From: a virus
IMG/VR virus record: IMGVR_UViG_3300016476_001127
Location: 1-47,716 of that record
Length of the DNA stretch: 47,716 nt
Strand: one strand, 5' to 3'
The notes below the pieces were generated by a model. The model saw nothing but the letters and a program-made list of their open reading frames with translations. It had not been told where the DNA came from and ran no database searches. Every line of letters starts with the position of its first letter. Within the stretch, counting starts at the first letter, position 1. A program made the position numbers and the translations under genes. Shown here in pieces: positions 14,177-20,819 of the stretch.

Positions 14177-15016
14177 TTGAAGACGCTCGATACGCTCGTA
14201 TCCGATATCTACAAACTATTCACAGAACCCCATACATTCAACGAAGGCAACGTCGAAGAGTTCGGCAAGCGCCTTGCTACCCACATTTCCAACCGGATCG
14301 CAGATGAGAAACCTTCCAACACCCTTCGTATGTCTAACCTCGGGACTCGCTGCAATCGGAAGCTTTGGTACACCCTCAACAAGCCCGAAGCAGCCGAGCC
14401 CCTGCCCCCCGAAGTCCGCTTCAAGTTCCTCTACGGGGACATCCTCGAAGAGCTTGTTCTCTTCCTGGCTAAAGAAGCTGGGCACTCCGTCGAGGGAACC
14501 CAGGACACCCTCGAGATCAACGGCGTAAAGGGTCACAGGGACGCTGTCGTCGATGGCGTTGTTGTCGACGTCAAGTCAGCCTCGTCCTACGCCTTCAAGA
14601 AGTTCAACAGCCACCTCACCGAGGACCAGGACTCCTTTGGCTACCTCGATCAACTCGGGGCCTACCTCTACGCATCGAAGGACGACCCTGCCGTAAAGCG
14701 CAAAGACATCGCCGCCTTCATCGCCGTCGACAAGACCCTTGGCCACCTTTGTGTCGACGTCCAGCCCAGCACCTACAAGGACTACGCCAAGCTCGTCGAG
14801 GACAAAAAGGCCCTCGTCCAGCTCAAGGTACTCCCGCCCCGGGCCTTCACCGATGAACCGGACGGGAAGTCAGGCAACCGCAAGCTCTGCACCGAGTGCA
14901 GCTACTGCGCCTTCAAGAAAGAATGCTGGCCGGGGCTCCAGACCTTCTTCTACTCGAACGGCCCCCGCTTCCTGACTCACGTTGCAAGGGAGCCGAATGT
15001 CGAAAAAGCCTTCTAA
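14177..15016 (+). CDS. PD-(D/E)xK exonuclease, Cas4/RecB-like with Cys cluster
   Basis: GHRDAVVDGVVVDVKSAS (D ... D/E-x-K). Cys at LGTRCNRKLWY plus CTECSYCAFKKEC (4-Cys cluster). TTG 14177 chosen because TTCAAGGATACccgatTTG mirrors the SSB leader TTCAAGGATACgcattATG. GTG 14132 is the alternative. Confidence 0.75.
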   Translation: MKTLDTLVSDIYKLFTEPHTFNEGNVEEFGKRLATHISNRIADEKPSNTLRMSNLGTRCNRKLWYTLNKPEAAEPLPPEVRFKFLYGDILEELVLFLAKEAGHSVEGTQDTLEINGVKGHRDAVVDGVVVDVKSASSYAFKKFNSHLTEDQDSFGYLDQLGAYLYASKDDPAVKRKDIAAFIAVDKTLGHLCVDVQPSTYKDYAKLVEDKKALVQLKVLPPRAFTDEPDGKSGNRKLCTECSYCAFKKECWPGLQTFFYSNGPRFLTHVAREPNVEKAF

Positions 15017-15347
15017 GCCACGACAACGGAGACCCTTGAATGACTCACCAGCAAGATGGAAGCGAATCCAGGCGACGTATGGTCTTACGCGAGAGCAATA
15101 CCATGACATTCTTCGTGCCCAGGACGGCGCTTGCTTTATCTGTCAACGAACTCCTGAGCGGATCAGGCCACGAAGACACCTGGCAGTCGATCACGATCAC
15201 AAGACCGGTCGAATCCGAGGGCTGCTCTGTTACGCGTGTAACCATCGACTCCTTGGCTACATGATCAAGGACGACGTTCAGAAAGCAAAGCGCCTCGTAA
15301 AGTATCTCACCAGAAGGACTGACTATGGCTATGTCCCCGCTAATTGA
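14997..15347 (+). CDS. Endonuclease VII-type junction resolvase
   Basis: CFICQ...[25 protein letters not shown] is the T4 endonuclease VII family signature. AAGGGAG then ATG 14997. Confidence 0.85.
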   Translation: [116 protein letters not shown]

Positions 15348-15522
15348 TCCACCGCAGGGCTGGATGTACGGCTTCCCAAAGGTCTTCGACTTTATTCCCA
15401 GTCACCCCAACCTCCCTGGTGAAGAATACGAGCAGGAGTTCCGGGAGTGGCTTGTCGACAACGGCTACCCCCGAAATCTCTGCACTGAATCCAACCTCCG
15501 TCATTGCAGGTTTATCGGTTGA
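15325..15522 (+). CDS. Hypothetical protein (65 aa)
   Basis: ATG ORF overlapping the neighbouring genes at both ends. No motif recognised. Confidence 0.5.
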   Translation: MAMSPLIDPPQGWMYGFPKVFDFIPSHPNLPGEEYEQEFREWLVDNGYPRNLCTESNLRHCRFIG

Positions 15523-16280
15523 CCACACATCTCGTCATCCCCGACTCCCACGCACATCCCCAACATCACAACAAGAGGGCCGAGTGGCTTGGACACCTCA
15601 TTAATGATCTTAAGCCTGATGTCGTCATTCATATTGGCGACTCCGCTGATATGCCTTCATTGTGTTCGTACGATAAGGGCAAGAAGTCGTTCCAGGGGCG
15701 AACCTACCGAGCCGATGTAGACGCCCACCTCGATTGGCAGGACCGGATGTGGAGCATCGTGAAAGGCGCCAAGAAGCGTCTTCCCCGCAGGGTGTTCTGC
15801 ATCGGCAACCACGAAGAACGCATCAACAAGGCAATCAACATCCAGCCTGAGCTCGAGGGAGCGATCGGCATGGAAGATCTGGAGCTCGATTATTTCTATG
15901 ACGAAGTCGTACCCTACCAAGGCGGAAGCCCAGGAAGCATTGAACTCGATGGCATTCACTACGCTCACTACCATGTTAGTGGCCTTATGGGCAGGCCTGT
16001 GGGCGGCGAACACCCTGCTTACAGCCTGGTCTCCAAGCGATTTGTATCTTGTACCGCTGGTCACAGTCATCTCGCTGACCTTTGCATTCGCACTGACACT
16101 GCCGGTCGCAAGATCATGGGGTGTCTTGCGGGCGTATATCAGGACTACGAATCCGACTGGGCAGGAGAAGTCAACCGCCTTTGGTGGCGAGGCGTTGTCT
16201 TCAAACGCAATGTAGAGGCTGGCTCCTACGACCCCGAGTTCATCTCACTTGACCGTATCCGGAGGGAATATGGAGCGTAA
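15519..16280 (+). CDS. Calcineurin-like metallophosphoesterase
   Basis: IPDSHAH (DxH), HIGDSADM (GDxxD), IGNHEERI (GNHE), HYAHYH and TAGHSHLAD (GHxH). TTG start with a TTGA overlap. Confidence 0.8.
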   Translation: MTTHLVIPDSHAHPQHHNKRAEWLGHLINDLKPDVVIHIGDSADMPSLCSYDKGKKSFQGRTYRADVDAHLDWQDRMWSIVKGAKKRLPRRVFCIGNHEERINKAINIQPELEGAIGMEDLELDYFYDEVVPYQGGSPGSIELDGIHYAHYHVSGLMGRPVGGEHPAYSLVSKRFVSCTAGHSHLADLCIRTDTAGRKIMGCLAGVYQDYESDWAGEVNRLWWRGVVFKRNVEAGSYDPEFISLDRIRREYGA

Positions 16281-16428
16281 GGAACTCTTCCTCCGTGAGC
16301 GTATCCGGAGGCTGCTCGAGACCTACTCCCTCGAAGAGATCCTCGAGTTCAACGAGGCCACCGAGGAGGACATCCTCGTCTTCCTTTACTTCGAATACGG
16401 CCTGCAATTCCCAGAGGAACCTGTGTGA
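16270..16428 (+). CDS. Hypothetical acidic protein (52 aa)
   Basis: ATG 16270 overlaps the phosphoesterase end. Genome-typical codons. Below the track cutoff, and it replaces the 5' part of track ORF 16295..16675. Confidence 0.45.
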   Translation: MERKELFLRERIRRLLETYSLEEILEFNEATEEDILVFLYFEYGLQFPEEPV

Positions 16429-16429
16429 A

Positions 16430-16675
16430 ATGCCCCAGAAGAAACGCGACTACAAGAAAGAATACGCCGACTACCACGGCACGCCGGAGCAGAAGAAAAG
16501 GCGGGCGGAAAGGAACAAGGATCGACGAGCTGCCGAGCGACGTCTTGGCAAAGCTGCCCTCGCTGGAAAAGAGGTTGACCACCAGAACGCGCCCCGAAAA
16601 GGAAGCCTTAAGGGTGTACCTACACGGGTTATCTCGAAAGAAGCTAACCGGAAGAAGCAGCCCAAGCGAAGCTGA
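16430..16675 (+). CDS. Small highly basic protein (81 aa)
   Basis: ATG 2 nt after the previous stop. MPQKKRDYKKEYADYHGTPEQKKRRAERNKDRRAAERRLG...GKEVDH. Lys/Arg-rich, probably binds nucleic acid. Confidence 0.55.
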   Translation: MPQKKRDYKKEYADYHGTPEQKKRRAERNKDRRAAERRLGKAALAGKEVDHQNAPRKGSLKGVPTRVISKEANRKKQPKRS

Positions 16676-17142
16676 TGTACAGAGGGACTTGCAAAGAGTG
16701 CTCGAGCTCATTCGAGAATACAGCGAGCGGCGTTAAGTACCAGTGGTACTGCTCAAGAACCTGTGCCGTCAGATACCGCAACAGGAATTCTAAGAACTAC
16801 CAGACCACGCTTAAACTGCGGTCACGCAATCCAGAAGCCTTCATCCGGCAGCTTGTCCGTAAGAAGGTAATGCGGCAGTCGCTCGCTCCAGAATACTACA
16901 TCGAACTTTACCATAAACAGAAAGGACTTTGCGCCCTCTCTGGCCGAGAGATGACTTACGAACTCGGTAACGGCCTTATCAACACGAACATTTCGATAGA
17001 CCGGATAGACCCCAGCCGGGATTATGAAAAGGACAACGTTCAGCTTGTCTGCCGTCAGGCAAACACAATGAAATACGTCTGCTCGGCTGACGAACTCATT
17101 TCCTGGTGCAAAGATATTATCGCTTACAAGGAGTCAATTTGA
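16675..17142 (+). CDS. HNH-like (His-Me finger) nuclease-like protein, degenerate
   Basis: CKEC...CSRTC zinc-like pairs and GLCALSGREM...NISIDRIDPSRDYEKDNVQLVCRQANTMK (D-R-I-D where HNH proteins have D-H-I-D). GC lower than its neighbours. Immediately upstream of the RNR gene. Confidence 0.4.
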   Translation: MYRGTCKECSSSFENTASGVKYQWYCSRTCAVRYRNRNSKNYQTTLKLRSRNPEAFIRQLVRKKVMRQSLAPEYYIELYHKQKGLCALSGREMTYELGNGLINTNISIDRIDPSRDYEKDNVQLVCRQANTMKYVCSADELISWCKDIIAYKESI

Positions 17143-18839
17143 ACACTGGTCCGTCCCTTCCGATCTCGATCGAACTCGACGAAATGAAATACCGTCAGCC
17201 CGGTGAGTCCTTCCGCGAGAAGTGCTCCCGCATCGCTGATTCACTCAAGGACAGCGATGAACACTACCACGCCTTCCGTGATGCTCTCCTCGATATGCGC
17301 TTCCTTCCGGCAGGCCGTGTCCAGGCTGCCATGGGTGCGGCCCGACAAGTTACCCCCTACAACTGCTTCGTCGCCCCCACCATTCCTGACACAATGGCCG
17401 GCATCATGGCCACCGCAGGAGTCGCTGCGGAAACAATGCGGCTTGGAGGAGGTATTGGCTATGACTTCTCCACTATCCGTCCCAAGGGAGACCTCATCAG
17501 TAAAACAGGTTCGCCTGCATCCGGTCCCGTGTCCTTCATGCGGATCTTCGATGCCGTATGCGGGACTGTCGCCTCTGCTGGGCATCGTCGCGGTGCACAG
17601 ATGGGAGTGCTGCGGGTGGACCATCCTGACATTGAAGAATTCATCCGAGCCAAGCAGAACACCATCAACCTGACGAACTTCAATATCTCCATCGCCGTGA
17701 CTGACAAGTTCATGGAGGCGGTGAAGACGAACTCAGGCTTCGACCTCGTTTGGGGTGGCAAGAAGTACCGCACCATCAACGCAAGGAACCTGTGGAACGA
17801 GATCATGCGCTCCACCTGGGACTGGGCCGAGCCTGGTGTGCTGTTCATCGACCGCATCAACGAGATGAACAATCTCCACTACATTGAGAACATAGCGGCA
17901 ACAAACCCCTGTGCCGAGCAGCCCCTGCCGCCCAACGGGGCCTGTCTCCTCGGCTCCTTCAACCTCGTCCGCTACGTCCAGCTCGATGAGGCCACCAACG
18001 CCTTCTACTTCGATTGGGAGCAGTTCTTTAAGGACATCCCCGCCGTGGTCAGGGCGATGGACAACATCGTCGACCGGGCCCTCTACCCGCTCGAGGAGCA
18101 GTACCAGGAGGCGATTAGCAAGCGCCGCATGGGGCTGGGTGTCACCGGCGTGGCGAATGCCCTCGAGGCCCTGGGCTACCCCTATGGCTCCGAGGACTTC
18201 CTGGTCTACCTGAACTCGCTGCTCCGGGACTTCACCAACGCCGTCTACAAGGCTTCCTCCGAGCTCGCCCGGGAGAAGGGTCCCTTCCCGCTCTTCGTCG
18301 CCAAGGAGTATCTCGCAGGCAAGTTCATCCAGCAGCTCGACAAGGACGTCCGTGACCACATCGAACTCTTCGGTATTCGAAACAGCCACCTTACCTCCAT
18401 CGCACCAACTGGAACTATTTCCCTGGTGGCAGACAATATCTCTTCGGGGATCGAGCCTGTCTTCAGCTATGGATTCGATCGTACTATCCAGACATATGAA
18501 GGTCCCCGCGTCGAGCGTGTTGACGATTATGGGCTACGGGTCTTCGGAGTTCGTGGAAAGACAGCGGACCAGTGCAGCGTGGACGACCATCTTGCAGTCC
18601 TGCTCGTCGCCGCGAAGTGGATGGATTCTGCTGTATCGAAAACCTGCAATGTCGGAGACGCCGTAAGTTTCGAGGAGTTCAAGGACATCTACTGGAAGGC
18701 CTGGGAAGGCGGGGCCAAGGGCTGCACCACCTTCCGCGCATCCGGCAAGCGCATGGGCATCCTCAACGCTGCACCCCAGGAAGGAGAAGGAGCCGCCTGC
18801 TACTACGATCCCGAGACCGGCAAGAAGACCTGTGAATAA
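17139..18839 (+). CDS. nrdJ: Ribonucleotide reductase, probably class II (cobalamin-dependent)
   Basis: NPCAEQPLPPNGACLLGSFNL catalytic loop and C-terminal Cys pair ACYYDPETGKKTCE. No NrdB-like small subunit anywhere in the genome. AAGGAG then TTG 17139 with a TTGA overlap. Confidence 0.8.
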   Translation: MNTGPSLPISIELDEMKYRQPGESFREKCSRIADSLKDSDEHYHAFRDALLDMRFLPAGRVQAAMGAARQVTPYNCFVAPTIPDTMAGIMATAGVAAETMRLGGGIGYDFSTIRPKGDLISKTGSPASGPVSFMRIFDAVCGTVASAGHRRGAQMGVLRVDHPDIEEFIRAKQNTINLTNFNISIAVTDKFMEAVKTNSGFDLVWGGKKYRTINARNLWNEIMRSTWDWAEPGVLFIDRINEMNNLHYIENIAATNPCAEQPLPPNGACLLGSFNLVRYVQLDEATNAFYFDWEQFFKDIPAVVRAMDNIVDRALYPLEEQYQEAISKRRMGLGVTGVANALEALGYPYGSEDFLVYLNSLLRDFTNAVYKASSELAREKGPFPLFVAKEYLAGKFIQQLDKDVRDHIELFGIRNSHLTSIAPTGTISLVADNISSGIEPVFSYGFDRTIQTYEGPRVERVDDYGLRVFGVRGKTADQCSVDDHLAVLLVAAKWMDSAVSKTCNVGDAVSFEEFKDIYWKAWEGGAKGCTTFRASGKRMGILNAAPQEGEGAACYYDPETGKKTCE

Positions 18840-18855
18840 CGAAGGAAGACATTTC

Positions 18856-19596
18856 ATGAAGCAATTTCTGATCGCCATCGGCCTGCTCATTTCAGCAGCC
18901 CTCCCGGCCTCGGCCTGGGACATCGACAAGATGAACGAGCAGATCGAGAAGACGAACGTCATCGTCTCGGAGATCTGCTCTGGCACCATTATTGACATCG
19001 AGCAACGTCTCGTTCTCACCGCCCATCACTGCATCACCGAGAACCTCCGGGAGGTCGAGAAGAAGGAAGTCGACCCGATCACCGGAGAGATCAAGAGCCG
19101 CATGGTGGTCGAGAAGACCCCGATGTATGTCGAGACCTGGCATCGCCAGGACTACGACGTCGTCTCCCTCGATCGTCACTCGGCCATTATTAAAGGGTAT
19201 GACGCGAAGGCTGACCTCGCCATCCTCCAGGTCGTCGACGAGTCCTGGAAGCCTGCCATGGAAGCCCCGCTGGCAGGCAAGGGATACAAGTTCAAGCGTG
19301 GCCTTCCGGTCTATGCTGTCGGCAATCCCGGCATCGCCTACGACAACTCCCTGACGGCTGGCATCATCTCCGCTCCTGAGCGGGCCATCGACTTCGGCAG
19401 TGGGGCCATCCCGATGTTCCAGCACTCGGCCTCGATCATCGGTGGCTCGTCGGGTGGTGCGATCTACAACGACGCAGGCGAGATCATCGGCACGGTGTCA
19501 GCCGGTATCCGGGGTGCGAATATCGGCTTCGCCGTCCCGGTGTCGAAGACGAAGGAGCTCCTGAAGCGCCTCGGCCTCGAGGAGGTCCTCAATTGA
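18856..19596 (+). CDS. Secreted trypsin-like (S1/HtrA-type) serine protease
   Basis: Signal-peptide-like MKQFLIAIGLLISAALPASA. Catalytic triad contexts LTAHHC, DLAILQV and GGSSGGAIY. Confidence 0.8.
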   Translation: MKQFLIAIGLLISAALPASAWDIDKMNEQIEKTNVIVSEICSGTIIDIEQRLVLTAHHCITENLREVEKKEVDPITGEIKSRMVVEKTPMYVETWHRQDYDVVSLDRHSAIIKGYDAKADLAILQVVDESWKPAMEAPLAGKGYKFKRGLPVYAVGNPGIAYDNSLTAGIISAPERAIDFGSGAIPMFQHSASIIGGSSGGAIYNDAGEIIGTVSAGIRGANIGFAVPVSKTKELLKRLGLEEVLN

Positions 19597-19889
19597 GCTT
19601 CAAGCCGGAGGATGTCCGGATTCCCTACGACTACTACTACTACCCTTCCCCCGAGGAGATGAACGCAACGAAAAAGGAGCCCGCAACGGCTCCTTCTGCA
19701 TTGAACCCCAACCACTACGCCCGCTGGAAGATCGAGCCCCTGACCTTCTGCATGGAGAACAATCTCCCGTTCTGGATGGGCAACATCATTAAGTACATCA
19801 TGCGCTACGACCAGAAGGACGGTCTCCAGGACCTCTACAAGGCGCGTGTCTATCTCAACCGCATCATCGAAGAACTGGAGGGAAAATGA
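19593..19889 (+). CDS. DUF3310-like protein
   Basis: NPNHYARWKIEPLTFCMENNLPFWMGNIIKYIMRYDQKDGLQDLYKARVYL matches the H-Y ... gN-v-i-K-Y-i-x-R ... DL-x-KA-x-x-Y pattern. TTGA overlap. Confidence 0.65.
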   Translation: MSFKPEDVRIPYDYYYYPSPEEMNATKKEPATAPSALNPNHYARWKIEPLTFCMENNLPFWMGNIIKYIMRYDQKDGLQDLYKARVYLNRIIEELEGK

Positions 19890-20254
19890 TCCGACTCATC
19901 GACGAAACCGGACAGCTCGAGGAACTCACCTTCGCCGAGTACCAGGACATCGCCCTGGACTTCGCCATCTACTCCGAACAGAACGCCGTCATCTACCCCG
20001 CACTCAAGCTCTCGGGCGAGGCCGGTGAGGTGTCCGAAAAGGTCGGCAAGCGTCTTCGGGACGCTGGTGGTGACTTCGAGGACCTCGAGTGGCGGGAGTC
20101 GATGAAGAAGGAGCTCGGGGATGTCCTCTGGTACATCTCTGCGTTGGCTGACGATCTTGGCTACACGCTAGAGGAAGTGGCCGATACGAATCTGTCGAAA
20201 CTTTCTAGCCGTGTGGCACGGGGCGTGCTTCAAGGCAGCGGGGATGACCGTTGA
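19886..20254 (+). CDS. mazG: MazG-like nucleoside triphosphate pyrophosphohydrolase
   Basis: LSGEAGEVSEKVGK and ELGDVLWYISALADDLG are the all-alpha NTP-PPase E-x-x-E and E-x-x-D motifs. Confidence 0.8.
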   Translation: MIRLIDETGQLEELTFAEYQDIALDFAIYSEQNAVIYPALKLSGEAGEVSEKVGKRLRDAGGDFEDLEWRESMKKELGDVLWYISALADDLGYTLEEVADTNLSKLSSRVARGVLQGSGDDR

Positions 20255-20299
20255 CAGAAAAAAGCTCCTGACTCATAGTCCCTCTGCAAGGAGGGCACC

Positions 20300-20413
20300 A
20301 TGTCGCCAGAAGCCATAATCGTCGTGCTTGTCGTTCTCGTCTTTGGTCTTGTCTTCTACATCCAGAATACGAAGAACCCGAGACCGAAGGACCACTGGAG
20401 AGATTGGCAGTAA
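20300..20413 (+). CDS. Small membrane protein (37 aa)
   Basis: AGGAGGG then ATG. MSPEAIIVVLVVLVFGLVFYIQNTKNPRPKDHWRDWQ. Last plus-strand ORF before the terminator. Confidence 0.45.
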   Translation: MSPEAIIVVLVVLVFGLVFYIQNTKNPRPKDHWRDWQ

Positions 20414-20414
20414 G

Positions 20415-20447
20415 AAAAACCCCGGGGCTACAAACCCCGGGATTTTT
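20415..20447. terminator. Bidirectional rho-independent terminator between the convergent arms
   Basis: AAAAA-C-CCCGGGG (20421..20427), loop ctacaaa, then CCCCGGG (20435..20441)-A-TTTTT. The A-run and T-run allow termination in both directions. Confidence 0.8.
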
Positions 20448-20790
20448 ATTGCCAGTCCTTATTTTCAAATGTCTTTAACCTGTGGCAGTTAGCGCACAGC
20501 GTTTGAAGATTCTCTAACGTATTGTTGAAATGATCACCGTCAATATGGTCTACGTCCAACTGGCAACTGTGTTCAGGAACAAACCCACATCGTTGGCAAA
20601 ACGATTGTTTCAGTTTTGAGTGGGGACTATTTTTCTTTGGAAAGAATGTTCCATAGCGTTTATTGGAGCAAGTGGAGCATTCTGCGGCAAAAGTACCGTT
20701 TGATCGTTTCTTTTGTGGTCTTGTGCCGCAAGAAATACATACTGACTGGACCATAGAAGGTTCTTCCTTCCTTAAAGCCCATTTACCCAA
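20446..20790 (-). CDS. HNH homing-type endonuclease
   Basis: CQLDVDHIDGDHFNNTLENLQTLCANCHRLKT plus upstream CxxC pairs. Clearly lower GC than the flanking genes. TTG 20790 or ATG 20754 start. Confidence 0.85.
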   Translation of the reverse strand: MGKWALRKEEPSMVQSVCISCGTRPQKKRSNGTFAAECSTCSNKRYGTFFPKKNSPHSKLKQSFCQRCGFVPEHSCQLDVDHIDGDHFNNTLENLQTLCANCHRLKTFENKDWQ

Positions 20791-20803
20791 TTAACCCTCT
20801 CTA

Positions 20804-20815
20804 ATCCCGGGGTTT
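20804..20815. repeat. 12-bp inverted copy of the terminator arm flanking the HNH gene
   Basis: ATCCCGGGGTTT (20804..20815) is the exact reverse complement of AAACCCCGGGAT (20432..20443). The two copies bracket HNH ORF 20446..20790. Confidence 0.7.
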
Positions 20816-20819
20816 TCTG

